From: a virus
Strand: one strand, 5' to 3'
Length of the DNA stretch: 64,000 nt
IMG/VR virus record: IMGVR_UViG_3300042945_003044
Shown here: positions 48,281 to 58,410 of the stretch, piece after piece
How the letters are laid out: each line of letters begins with the position of its first letter
How positions within the stretch are numbered: position 1 is the stretch's first letter
Translations under genes and position numbers: made by a program
Notes under the pieces: model-generated
The model's input: only the letters and a program-made list of their open reading frames with translations
What the model was told of the DNA's origin: nothing
Database searches by the model: none

Positions 48281-50631
48281 TAAATTCATATATTAAAATT
48301 CCAGATAATGTTGGCGCATCTTTCGAAATAGTCAATGGAAGATTTATTTTACAGGCACCAGAGCCGACGTTTGTTGGTCTCGACGCTTCTTTAATAGGTC
48401 ATTTTATACCATATTTTGCCAAAAATCTTTTATCCACTGGTGCAACAGAATGGGAAGCCGGTATAGGCAAAGTAATATCTACCACTATAGTGGAAAGAGA
48501 AGAGGTTTCTGGTTCGTCTAACAATGATGAGTTAGTATTTTTTAGTTTCGGTGGGACAAAAACGTTTTTCGTATATCCTAATCAGTATTCTGTGGATCTT
48601 GGGTATAATAATTTAATTACCAGTACGGGCGTGTTCAATATTGGAGACGTAAGGTCTACATACGTTGTAGATCTATCTACCAATCATGCTTCTGGTACTC
48701 TGCCCGTAGCATCCGGTAATCGCGGTCTTATACTAGATTTTAAAGCATATAATAGAAATAATAAGGATTTACATATTATTGCTTCTAGTGGAGATTTAAT
48801 AGATGGTTCAGCTTCTTTAACTATAGATTATGATAATGCCTACACCTCTTTGGTATCGAATGGTTCTGGCTGGATAGAACTAAAAAATGAGGTTAATCTA
48901 AATATAGATCCGGATTTGATGGGTACTCCACAAGGACCAAATGGCTCTATTCAATACAAAGTTAATTCTACCTCTTTTGGTGGCTCAAATATATATTATA
49001 GCAACGCTTCTAATAGCCTGCTATTTGGCGGTACGGGATCGGAACAATCCGCCGATACAGTCATATCAGGATCTGGTACAACCATTTTTAATAAAACATC
49101 CAAGAATACAGACTTTATTATTAATGGTAGTGGTAATAGAAATTGTATTTTTGATGCTTCTGGAAAGATAGGTTTAAATTTGCCGTCGGGAGCAAAGCCC
49201 GCCACATTACTACACATCGTTGGACAGGGATGCGATAGTAACATAAGATTGGAGAATAGGAGTTCCTGCTCCACTCCTAAACTTGTACTTTATCATAAGC
49301 CCTCTACCACTCTTGATAGTGGGTCATTAGTTGGTAGCATACATCTAGCAGGCAAAAATTCTGTTGGATCAGAGATAGACTATTCTCAAATTCGCACAAG
49401 AGCCATTTCTTCTCAAGCCTCTAGTCCTAGTGGAGAACTTGTTGTATCAATAAATAATGGCGGTTCCTCATTAGATAGCTTAACCGTTAATTCAGATTCG
49501 GTTGCTATTAGAAATAAAAACAGACAATTACAAATATCTACAAGCGGTGTGATTGCTGATAAAATAGTCGTTTCGGATTCTTTACATTTATTGCCATTGT
49601 CTATTAGTGGTAGTATACTGAGCGTAGGACAATCTGGTATTTTAGAGAGCGCAGGATATACCAAGTCGGATCTAGCTTCGATTGGAACTAAAGCGTCCTT
49701 ATCTGGCGCTATTTTTAGCGGTAATATTACTGCTCCCAGGATTAATGCTCCAGCACTTTCTCAGTCGTCTGGATCTTACATAGATTTTTCTAGCTCTACT
49801 CTTATTGGTAATTGGAATATAGGAGCAGACACGATATTAGCAAAGGATACAAATAACACATCCGATCAAGGCTCTGTTTTAACGCATACTGGATCTGGAA
49901 TAGCATGGTCAAAACCAAGCGCAGATAATTTTATATGGTCGGGCTTAGATATATCTTGGGAAAAATATCCTATAAGATCTTGCTTTATACAAAACGGGGG
50001 AGACGTTTTAGCTATTAGTGCTATCGGTTTAAGCAATGAGTTTAGTGTTGGAGATACGGTAAAAATTAGTGTTAATACCAATAATTATTTTAGAACAATT
50101 AATAGCATTACAGAAAGTAATGGCTATACAAATATCGTATTGAATCAGATTCTACCGATCTCTGGAACGGGTAATATTTTCTCCATAAATAAAGGAGGAT
50201 ATTTAAATCTTAGTGTAGAAAATTCCGGAGCACCAGCTATTTCGCCTCAGACAACAATTAGTTGCAGACCTCTTACCAATACTATTTTTAATCAAAATAA
50301 GCATTCTATAGACTTTCAGATTAATGGCGAATCAGTTGCTCCAGCAATTTATGTAAATGCTAAGCCGTCCAATAGATTAGAGGCCGTCTCCGCCACTGTT
50401 ATTAATGGATCGTCACCTAAGATTGTTCAACAGTCCGGTAATTTAAATAGATATGCATCTTTAAGCGTTAGTGGCTATATTTATACAGACAGTATTAGTA
50501 TAGGTCAAACACCAGTGCCTTCTGGATATATTTTAACTTCTACATCTGGTAATATTGCGCAATGGCAGTCTACAAATACTATTAGTGATCTAGACGGCGG
50601 CGTAATTGTATTTAGCGGAGTAAGTCTATGA
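48277..50631 (+). CDS. Ser/Gly-rich tail fibre-like protein
   Basis: EWE.GIG.......R..V..SSN N-terminal motif; PQGPNGSIQY; KIGLN..P...LHIVG fibre motifs; C-terminal DGG. Confidence 0.7.
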   Translation: MINSYIKIPDNVGASFEIVNGRFILQAPEPTFVGLDASLIGHFIPYFAKNLLSTGATEWEAGIGKVISTTIVEREEVSGSSNNDELVFFSFGGTKTFFVYPNQYSVDLGYNNLITSTGVFNIGDVRSTYVVDLSTNHASGTLPVASGNRGLILDFKAYNRNNKDLHIIASSGDLIDGSASLTIDYDNAYTSLVSNGSGWIELKNEVNLNIDPDLMGTPQGPNGSIQYKVNSTSFGGSNIYYSNASNSLLFGGTGSEQSADTVISGSGTTIFNKTSKNTDFIINGSGNRNCIFDASGKIGLNLPSGAKPATLLHIVGQGCDSNIRLENRSSCSTPKLVLYHKPSTTLDSGSLVGSIHLAGKNSVGSEIDYSQIRTRAISSQASSPSGELVVSINNGGSSLDSLTVNSDSVAIRNKNRQLQISTSGVIADKIVVSDSLHLLPLSISGSILSVGQSGILESAGYTKSDLASIGTKASLSGAIFSGNITAPRINAPALSQSSGSYIDFSSSTLIGNWNIGADTILAKDTNNTSDQGSVLTHTGSGIAWSKPSADNFIWSGLDISWEKYPIRSCFIQNGGDVLAISAIGLSNEFSVGDTVKISVNTNNYFRTINSITESNGYTNIVLNQILPISGTGNIFSINKGGYLNLSVENSGAPAISPQTTISCRPLTNTIFNQNKHSIDFQINGESVAPAIYVNAKPSNRLEAVSATVINGSSPKIVQQSGNLNRYASLSVSGYIYTDSISIGQTPVPSGYILTSTSGNIAQWQSTNTISDLDGGVIVFSGVSL

Positions 50632-51146
50632 GCTTTAAATTTAAAAGAGATATTTCTACAACCCTGGCCCCAGCCTTAGATCAGGTTGACGTGGGAGAAC
50701 TAGTACTAAATGTGCAGACCGGTACTCTCTATACAAAGAAAAGAGATTCAGAAGGCAATGAAAGTATAGTCAAGTTTATTTCTGTACCACTATCTTCTTC
50801 TGGAGATGGGTCTTGTAGCAATATGCTACCGGTTATATCTTTTGCTGATGTCACTAATTTTTGCTGCAATGGTTCGGTATTAGTGGCTACTATTAATAAC
50901 CTCATGGCTAGCTCAATATACAAATATAGTGTACAAGATTTAACCAGTAATTCTACTGTCATATTTTCTCAGAGTTCTGGGGACATCACTCCGCTTGGTA
51001 GATCCACTAGACAAGTTCCTATTTCTATTAACATCAACACTAATCAGCCTAATGCTTTAATAAAGTTTAGTGTTTTAGACAATAACAACAATTTACAAAG
51101 CGAAGCTATAGTGGCCATTTGTTGCAAGAACTGTGCCGCAACATAA
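50628..51146 (+). CDS. Fibre-anchor domain + one Cys-bounded beta-sandwich module
   Basis: FKR.....P......GELVLN...G.LY.K anchor, then CC...Y.Y...SG...IKF...AICCKNC. Confidence 0.7.
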   Translation: MSFKFKRDISTTLAPALDQVDVGELVLNVQTGTLYTKKRDSEGNESIVKFISVPLSSSGDGSCSNMLPVISFADVTNFCCNGSVLVATINNLMASSIYKYSVQDLTSNSTVIFSQSSGDITPLGRSTRQVPISININTNQPNALIKFSVLDNNNNLQSEAIVAICCKNCAAT

Positions 51147-51155
51147 GGATAAAAC

Positions 51156-52379
51156 ATGATTCAAAAAAGACAGATTTCGCAAAACCTATGTTCTAGTGGC
51201 GTAGCTATCACCTTTAGTGGAATACCAGTAGATATAAGTAATGATTATAGATTAAGCTTTTGGAAAGATAGTTGCATCCCTCAGCAGTCAGATATTATTA
51301 TTAATCCAACAGGATATCAAATTAGACCAGCTTCTAACACAATAGACGCTGTGGTATATGTATCCTCTAATACTGCTTATACCGTAGATAATTCTTCTTC
51401 ATCCGTTATAGGGTTGAGCGTTGTAGATATTGCTTCTAGTGGCGAAGTATATAGAGATTACATACATATTTCATGTGGTAATTTATGCAGCGATGCGGGT
51501 AAGCCGTTGGACACCGCTGTTCCAACCCGTACTCCCACCCCTACCCCAACCAACACTACCACACCAACCCCAACAACCACGATCACCCCAACAGTCACCA
51601 ACTCGCCGTCTGTGACGCCAACAGTGACGCCGACAATATCGATAACACCATCCAAAACACCAACTAGGACGCCTACTCCTACCAGAACAAATACTCCTAC
51701 TGTGTCTATAACTCCTTCATTTACCCCATCGAGCACAGTAACTCCAACCAATACTCCGACAAATACTCCTACTGCTTCGGTTACAGTTACTCCTTCGATT
51801 ACCCCATCTAACACCACCACTCACACCCCTCCACCTACGCCTGGTCTTACAAGTACTCCAACCCCAACAGTTACTCCAACTATATCCTTAACTCCCACCC
51901 AAACTATCACCCCTAGTATTACTGCTACTAATACCGTTACGCCCACCCAGACGCCTACGTCATCGGTCACCCCTACTATTTCACAAACACCAGAACCAAC
52001 ACCAACGACCACCCCTACGCCAACACTCACTCCGACAATGACTCCTTTATATACTAGGCCTAGTTTTGCGGTTACTTTTGATCAAATTAATTTTTCAGGT
52101 AAGTGCGATACCGGTATATTAATATCCGCTAATGTCTCTGGTGTACCAAATACCGTTTATAACTATAGCTTTAATGTAGAATCTATTGGTAATAATAACA
52201 ATATTAATAATATTTTTATTGAGCCAAGAACCGGCCAATTTGCAATGTCCAATAACAATAATAAAATTTTTACTTACGTTTATACACTAGAAAAAATAGG
52301 CTCTTTTGTAGTTAGTTGTAGTGTTTCAGATAGCACAAGCACAGCACAAAGTTTGACAACAATTGCTTGTCAAAGTTAA
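51156..52379 (+). CDS. Two Cys-bounded modules separated by a ~175-aa PT linker
   Basis: Module-PT-module layout; modules end HISCGNLC and TIACQS. Confidence 0.75.
   Translation: MIQKRQISQNLCSSGVAITFSGIPVDISNDYRLSFWKDSCIPQQSDIIINPTGYQIRPASNTIDAVVYVSSNTAYTVDNSSSSVIGLSVVDIASSGEVYRDYIHISCGNLCSDAGKPLDTAVPTRTPTPTPTNTTTPTPTTTITPTVTNSPSVTPTVTPTISITPSKTPTRTPTPTRTNTPTVSITPSFTPSSTVTPTNTPTNTPTASVTVTPSITPSNTTTHTPPPTPGLTSTPTPTVTPTISLTPTQTITPSITATNTVTPTQTPTSSVTPTISQTPEPTPTTTPTPTLTPTMTPLYTRPSFAVTFDQINFSGKCDTGILISANVSGVPNTVYNYSFNVESIGNNNNINNIFIEPRTGQFAMSNNNNKIFTYVYTLEKIGSFVVSCSVSDSTSTAQSLTTIACQS
51519..52046 (+). repeat. Pro/Thr-rich linker
   Basis: TPT/TPS repeats with heavy synonymous variation. Confidence 0.9.
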
Positions 52380-52397
52380 TTCAAAAAGAAACTATAT

Positions 52398-52451
52398 TGT
52401 GTATAATAGTTTAGAATCTTTTATTTTGAAGGAGATTTTGGTATATTTATA
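52398..52451 (+). promoter_or_regulatory. Variant late-promoter-like elements (TGTGTATAATAG; GGTATATTTATA)
   Basis: Two single-mismatch copies of the GGTGTA motif in the gap before ATG 52468. Confidence 0.4.
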
Positions 52452-52467
52452 ATGATTTTAGGAATAT

Positions 52468-53283
52468 ATGGCTAATTTATTTATTAAATTCCCCAGCACA
52501 CAACAAGAGCCCCCGATGCCAGAAACAGTAAATACCTCACCTTCGCTGTCTGTTAAGTTTGATTTTTCTCATTATGGTATAGAGGGAAATTCTAAAACTA
52601 TTACTTTGCCAAATGCCCAATGTCTTAAGGGCTCCTTTATCGTTGTAGCGGAGGCTTCTAACTTAATACCGGGTAGACAATATACTATATTATTTGAATT
52701 ATTGAACCCGTCATCTACTCGACAGGTGTTTGACCCGGCAGCTATAACGATCTTTGCTTCGACACCAACGCAAAAATTTACCACGGTAGCTAACGTAGAT
52801 CCACAGTATAATTATATTTTAAAAGCAACCATTAATCAGACAGATACTGGTATAGCTGCCTCTGATATGGTAGCCGCTAGCTGTGCTTCTATTCCAGCGG
52901 TACCTACACCAACCCCAACCGCTAGGCCTGTCACTGCATCTATGCCTCGTGTAAACTTTGATGCTGGTCCGGTCATGATGGTAAATCCTCCCAATAGGTG
53001 CAGAGAACAACTCAACATTATTTGCACCATATCAAATGCCCGTATCGGAACTACATATAAATACGACTTTGTTTGTCTTACTAGCGATGCGGCGCCACTA
53101 TTGTCACCGGCTACCGGCTTTGTGACCGCAGGCTTCTCCGAACAAAACATAAATACCGTAGTGACCGTTAATCCATCCAAAGGCAATATGGTTAGTTTAC
53201 AGGTTAGAGTATTTGATGCTAAATATCCTGATATAATACTAGATGAAGATATATTACTAATTCAATGCTATGGGTGCGAATAA
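52468..53283 (+). CDS. Two Cys-bounded modules with short PT linker
   Basis: NLIPGRQY...ILKA...AASC and NARIG..Y.Y.F...QNINTV...EDILLIQCYGC. Confidence 0.75.
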   Translation: MANLFIKFPSTQQEPPMPETVNTSPSLSVKFDFSHYGIEGNSKTITLPNAQCLKGSFIVVAEASNLIPGRQYTILFELLNPSSTRQVFDPAAITIFASTPTQKFTTVANVDPQYNYILKATINQTDTGIAASDMVAASCASIPAVPTPTPTARPVTASMPRVNFDAGPVMMVNPPNRCREQLNIICTISNARIGTTYKYDFVCLTSDAAPLLSPATGFVTAGFSEQNINTVVTVNPSKGNMVSLQVRVFDAKYPDIILDEDILLIQCYGCE

Positions 53284-54848
53284 TGAGTAATTTAATTGTA
53301 AAATTTGCAGAAAAAAATATTTTAGTGAATAACGAAGGATGTTGTTCTACCGGAGTATCTAGCATAGTTACCGTATCGGGTATGATACCCGGACATAAAT
53401 ATTATTGCGAACTATCTTCTATATCTAGAGGCTCTATTGTTTTTGCTCAAAACAATTTCTATGTTATGACACAGTCTCTAAATCAGCCTATGAATATACC
53501 AATAGGATTTTCTTTAGAGGGGTCTAGATCTTATATTATTAAATTCAAAATTACGGACCTTGATTATAGAAAAGACGCAAAGTATTGGCTGCCTAATCGC
53601 AATGAATGGTATAAGAGCGCTTATTATAATGCAGATACAGAAGAATATTCTCAATACGCAACTATGAGCAATAATAATCCTGTTGCAGTAACCAGTAATA
53701 CTTCTGGCGACGGTTCTGCTGGGGCATCGGGCAATTTTGCGAATTTTGGAAATACAGCCGATTGGAATGGTCAAGACGGCAATTTGACTACCGTTGGTAC
53801 CAATGGCGGGCCGAGTTATTATGGTACCTATGATCAAAATGGAAATATTAATGAATGGCTTGATGATATATCGACCTCTCTTAAACCATATACTGGTGGT
53901 TCTTGGAATAGTCCGATCTCTGAACTTGGACAAATAGTTGAAAACAAACCGGTTTTTGAGTCTAGTTCTTTAGGACTTCGTATTGCTGCCGAGGTTAATC
54001 AAACCCTTAGTATTGATACATCTACTTTTTCCATGGTATCAGGATCTTTTCTAGGCATGAACGATGCGGATGATAATGGGATAGGCTCTGTTCCGCATTC
54101 TTTTTATATGAAAAAGCATCCGGTAACTAATAATGAATATATGGTATTTTTAAATTCCGTCGCTGCGAAATCTGATAGATATGGCTTATACAATAGTAAA
54201 ATGACCACAGACCCTAGAGGCGGCATTACTAGATCATCGAATACTAATCAAACATTTAGCTATACTTGTAAGCCCAATATGGAAAATAAGCCAGTGAATT
54301 TTGTGAGCTGGTTAGATGGAGCAAGATATTGCAACTGGTTATATAATACCTCTATTGATCCCAATAGTGTTGAGACGGAGAAGGGGTCGTATGAAATGCC
54401 CGCTGATGCTACTAATGTGCCGTATGTGGGCTTCAATTATGGTGAAGATATTCTTACGGTAGAGTGCGGCAGACCATCTGCGCCAGACGTTGAATTTGTT
54501 ACGGATTCCAAAGAACTTATGAAGAGTTGTGGTCAGTATAAGAGTGTGGTTGCTTCGATTAAAAATGCTAAAATTGGTAGATCATATTCTTATCTATTTT
54601 CTACTCCTGATGATTATTTTGCTAATATATCGCCTAAAAGCGGAACGATAATAGCTGGTAATAATATTCAAAATATTAATACAGTATTTAGTTATAGTGG
54701 GTCTCTTAAGAAAATTAGCTTGAAGCTAGAGGTAACAGATTTATTAGATAATATAAAAACAGATACAATCTTGTTTTTTGATTGCGATACGTGTTTTCCG
54801 ACTCCTACGCCCACCCCGACCCCAACACCTACGCCAACTAATATATAA
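53283..54848 (+). CDS. Cys-module protein carrying a circularly permuted FGE-sulfatase (SUMF1-like, C-type-lectin fold) domain; C-terminal PT tail
   Basis: LP..NEWYK.AYY, GTYDQNGN..EW, GGSW and GLRIA precede VTN.EY..FLN, NKPV.FVSW.D.ARYCNW and TE.G.Y. TAATG overlap sets the start. Confidence 0.8.
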   Translation: MSNLIVKFAEKNILVNNEGCCSTGVSSIVTVSGMIPGHKYYCELSSISRGSIVFAQNNFYVMTQSLNQPMNIPIGFSLEGSRSYIIKFKITDLDYRKDAKYWLPNRNEWYKSAYYNADTEEYSQYATMSNNNPVAVTSNTSGDGSAGASGNFANFGNTADWNGQDGNLTTVGTNGGPSYYGTYDQNGNINEWLDDISTSLKPYTGGSWNSPISELGQIVENKPVFESSSLGLRIAAEVNQTLSIDTSTFSMVSGSFLGMNDADDNGIGSVPHSFYMKKHPVTNNEYMVFLNSVAAKSDRYGLYNSKMTTDPRGGITRSSNTNQTFSYTCKPNMENKPVNFVSWLDGARYCNWLYNTSIDPNSVETEKGSYEMPADATNVPYVGFNYGEDILTVECGRPSAPDVEFVTDSKELMKSCGQYKSVVASIKNAKIGRSYSYLFSTPDDYFANISPKSGTIIAGNNIQNINTVFSYSGSLKKISLKLEVTDLLDNIKTDTILFFDCDTCFPTPTPTPTPTPTPTNI

Positions 54849-54863
54849 GAAGAAGGTTTCGTA

Positions 54864-57800
54864 ATGAGTAGCGTTAAAATTAGTTTCGGTAATAAAATAG
54901 TACTTAAAGCTGATACTCCGAGCTGTTGCTCTGTAGGACTCTCTATACCTATTTTGCTTGAGAATCTAATTCCTTATGATACATACACAGTAGAATATAG
55001 CTCCATAGGTCCCGGCTCAGCCTCGTTCGCTAGTGCGTCAACCGAGATAATAGCCTCCGCATCATCAGAATCTATAGACAATATAGTATATTTAGAAGGT
55101 TCCGAAAGCTTTGTTATCAAAGCCCGCGTAACTATTAACGATAATGGTGTTATTAAGACCCTATCAGAAGATATATTGGGTATAGATTGTGGAGGACTAC
55201 CACCAGCTAAGCCTTCTCCAACTCCAACCTCAACCGTAACCAAGACTCCAACGCAAACACCCACTAAGACCCCAACAAATACTCCAACTGGTACACAGGT
55301 TCCTAATACACCCACACCAACCCCTACCACAAGTGTTACAGCATCAGTCACGCCAACAATTACTGTAACATCATCAAACACCCCTACTCCTACTCCTACA
55401 GCGTCTGTTACGCCCACTATTAGTGTTACTCCTTCTGTAACACCCAGTATAACCCCAACACTTACTCCATCGCCAACCAGAGGCTTGCCCAAAATCAGCA
55501 TTAGGCTCGGTAATGACTCTGAATCTTGCGGCTCGGATGATCTAGTTATATATACCACTATCAGTGGACTATTACCAAATACTACATATAAATATGCTTT
55601 AAATTTACCGGCTGGGCTAGAAGGGGTTCCTAATTTTGGCACTATCAATAGCTCTTCATCAGGATTCGCCACCTGTAAGAATTATTTGATCTATCAGAGT
55701 CAATTATCTAATAAAGTATGTGGCTTAACAAATTATCCTTTAATATATAGTGTTTATCTAACAGACAATACGCTGCTTAGAACATACGCTATTAATCTTA
55801 CATGCGATTCCACAGATTGTCATTGTCCTAATTTCACAATCTCTGGCACCATACCGGTGATAGACGGACCCTCTGTAACACCCACGCCCACCAGAGAAGC
55901 CCTATCTATTCCAGGGGTAGGAGACTTGGGTTCTTTACCTAGATTCCTGTGTCCATCTATAATTACTAAGAAAAAATTAAGCGGTAATAAATTCGTTGTG
56001 GATTTACTATCTACGAACAATTATGAGATTAATTTAACATATAGTTTTTATGGATCCCCAGAAAAGCTGTCTCTCTATGATCTTGATGGTACAGAATTAT
56101 ACAATAGTGGATATATTGGTACTGTAGATAAAGACGATAATAATGAGTATTTATTTTGTGCGGGTATAGATCGCAAAAATCATACCTATGGTACATATGA
56201 CACTATTAAAATACCTAATAGGGGATCGAGATATATTGTTTGTATCTTGGAGTCTGCGTGTGACGAAAGCACAGAATGGAAGATTTCGTTCTCTTGTGCT
56301 CCGGTACCAACACCTACTCCCACCTCTACAGTAAAACCATGTCCACCTTGTCCATCGTCAACCCCAGCACCTACCACTACGCCCACTAGCGACACTGGCT
56401 GTTCATATAGATTTAATAATTTTGTTGATTCTGATGCCAGAAAAGAGAAGAAGTTTGCTGTAGCCTGTAGCGATGTAACAGATACGGATCTTACTAGTCC
56501 AATTTCTATAGATAAGCCAATTGATGCAGCTATAGTTGCTAATACCTTATTATTAGCGGGATCGTCGATCTGTGTTGGTGTTCCGTATACCAATGTAGCA
56601 AGTAAAATATCTTTATCTAAGATTAAAAATAACGGTTTAGATATTTCGTTCGGAGTATCCGGGTCCACAACCCATTCCTTTAAAAACGATATCGGCGCTC
56701 AAGTTAGTGTGAACGCTAAGAAAATTCTACCTCAAGGCGGTAAGTTTCTGGTTGTTAGCTATACCAGTGGTAGCGCTGTGATATCAAGACATTTTGCTTC
56801 AACAGGTTCTATAGACACGACCTTTGGAAACAGAGGCTTTTTAGAGATATCTGCTATCGAAGACACAAAAATAGTAGGAATAGGGGACGCTTTAATAGTA
56901 AATAATAATATTATATTGTTCTTAGAAACTTATGATATAGTTAATAAAAAATATACATATAGCGCAGCTAGTATTTCTGGTGCTGGTCGAATCAATACTT
57001 CGTTTGGTACCGGAGGCATTGTGAACATAGACGCCGGATCGGTTTCTACTCAGTATCAGATTAAAAGGGCTGCTGTAATAGATCAAAAATTATTAGTTGT
57101 TGCACAAAATAAAAACGAAACAGGATCTTCGGTTGTTGTCGTGTCCCGCATAAATCTGAATGGTTCTGTTGATACTAGTTTCTATAATAATGGTACTCTT
57201 AAGATCCAACCCTCTGATCTGATTGTCGACCCCTTGATAAAAACAGAGCCGATGCTCAAAACATGTCTCATAAATAATGAAGGCATATACTTAGCAATAA
57301 CATATGCTGATAGTAATATGGTTGGAGTATGCAAATACAAATATCAAAATGGTAAAGACGGATCTTGGAAACTTGCGATACCACAGCCGTATAGCGGAGC
57401 AGTAACGGTTTTACCAGAATATGATGCGTCAATGTTTGTAGAAGATGGTCAATCATGGTATGTTGGTTATAATATAGCTTACAACGAATATACTATCTCA
57501 GACACGGAATTCAATAGCCCAATTCCGAGAAAGGGACCCGTTACACTTAGAACCGTTGCTGATACTATTAGTCGTAATCAAATACCTTATAGTTTAGATC
57601 CAGAACCAATGCAGAGAGAAGTCCTACAAGATATATCGGATGTCACAGCATCATACGCCCGTAAATCTTATAGATTCGTTATAGCCAAATACAATTTATC
57701 ATCTGGTAATACGACTCCTGTACTTTTGGGCGGTACAGAGACCGATCTATTCGGAAACCAGAGAAAGAATAGGCTTAGTGCTCAAAATATACAGTCTGAG

Positions 57801-58397
57801 ACCATTTCTGCGCTAGTAGTCTATAATAATAAGCTGTATATAGTTGGCTTTGGGGGTAACGACTATAACTATTCTTTCAGAGTCGCTAGAAGATCCAAAG
57901 ACACGTCTGGAGAATTTACTGTTGCTGATACTACATTCGGTAATAATGGTTATATAGAATCAGATTTTGATTATCTATGTAATTACGATATAGAAAACAT
58001 AGAACCTCCCATGTTTGAGGATAATCCCTGTGAAATATTCCCAACACCAACACCAACCCAGTCGTCTATCCCCGCTTCTGTAACCGTCTCATCCACCGAG
58101 TATGGCTGTTCAGGGGGTGCTCCGAGAATTACACTGAATTGGTTAACTAATAAGGCCTCTTCTGTCGCTCAAGAATATATAGCAAGAATTATTGTACAAG
58201 GAACCTCGCCAATCACCACAGTATCTGCTTCTGCTTTAACGATTCCGGCTCAGACATTATCTGGATCTATTAATATATCGTTAGCAAATGCCGCTAATTT
58301 TAATAATCAGATTTGTCAAATACAAATCTTAAAAACAGACTCTCTAGATATTTTATATAACAATGCTTTGGTCTTAAACATACCATCGTGTAATTAA
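54864..58397 (+). CDS. Large Cys-module/PT-linker protein with delta-60-type propeller repeats
   Basis: Two to three Cys modules, four PT tracts, and LDISFG.SG / IDTTFGNRG / INTSFGTGG / VDTSFYNNG / ADTTFGNNG repeats. Confidence 0.75.
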   Translation: MSSVKISFGNKIVLKADTPSCCSVGLSIPILLENLIPYDTYTVEYSSIGPGSASFASASTEIIASASSESIDNIVYLEGSESFVIKARVTINDNGVIKTLSEDILGIDCGGLPPAKPSPTPTSTVTKTPTQTPTKTPTNTPTGTQVPNTPTPTPTTSVTASVTPTITVTSSNTPTPTPTASVTPTISVTPSVTPSITPTLTPSPTRGLPKISIRLGNDSESCGSDDLVIYTTISGLLPNTTYKYALNLPAGLEGVPNFGTINSSSSGFATCKNYLIYQSQLSNKVCGLTNYPLIYSVYLTDNTLLRTYAINLTCDSTDCHCPNFTISGTIPVIDGPSVTPTPTREALSIPGVGDLGSLPRFLCPSIITKKKLSGNKFVVDLLSTNNYEINLTYSFYGSPEKLSLYDLDGTELYNSGYIGTVDKDDNNEYLFCAGIDRKNHTYGTYDTIKIPNRGSRYIVCILESACDESTEWKISFSCAPVPTPTPTSTVKPCPPCPSSTPAPTTTPTSDTGCSYRFNNFVDSDARKEKKFAVACSDVTDTDLTSPISIDKPIDAAIVANTLLLAGSSICVGVPYTNVASKISLSKIKNNGLDISFGVSGSTTHSFKNDIGAQVSVNAKKILPQGGKFLVVSYTSGSAVISRHFASTGSIDTTFGNRGFLEISAIEDTKIVGIGDALIVNNNIILFLETYDIVNKKYTYSAASISGAGRINTSFGTGGIVNIDAGSVSTQYQIKRAAVIDQKLLVVAQNKNETGSSVVVVSRINLNGSVDTSFYNNGTLKIQPSDLIVDPLIKTEPMLKTCLINNEGIYLAITYADSNMVGVCKYKYQNGKDGSWKLAIPQPYSGAVTVLPEYDASMFVEDGQSWYVGYNIAYNEYTISDTEFNSPIPRKGPVTLRTVADTISRNQIPYSLDPEPMQREVLQDISDVTASYARKSYRFVIAKYNLSSGNTTPVLLGGTETDLFGNQRKNRLSAQNIQSETISALVVYNNKLYIVGFGGNDYNYSFRVARRSKDTSGEFTVADTTFGNNGYIESDFDYLCNYDIENIEPPMFEDNPCEIFPTPTPTQSSIPASVTVSSTEYGCSGGAPRITLNWLTNKASSVAQEYIARIIVQGTSPITTVSASALTIPAQTLSGSINISLANAANFNNQICQIQILKTDSLDILYNNALVLNIPSCN
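55212..55478 (+). repeat. Pro/Thr-rich linker
   Basis: [17 protein letters not shown]... tract. Confidence 0.9.
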
Positions 58398-58410
58398 GGA
58401 ATGATTAATA

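Noticed and set aside
53568-54400. Diversity-generating retroelement target (FGE/C-type-lectin fold; Mtd-N domains elsewhere)
   Set aside because: No reverse transcriptase and no adenine-mismatched template/variable repeat pair seen in the window. A remote DGR cannot be excluded.
51458-55672. Minus-strand Val/Gly-rich ORFs (51458-51820, 51821-52030, 54974-55672; likewise 30745-31197)
   Set aside because: Antisense shadows of PT-linker codons, which lack reverse-strand stops; fully nested in + strand genes.
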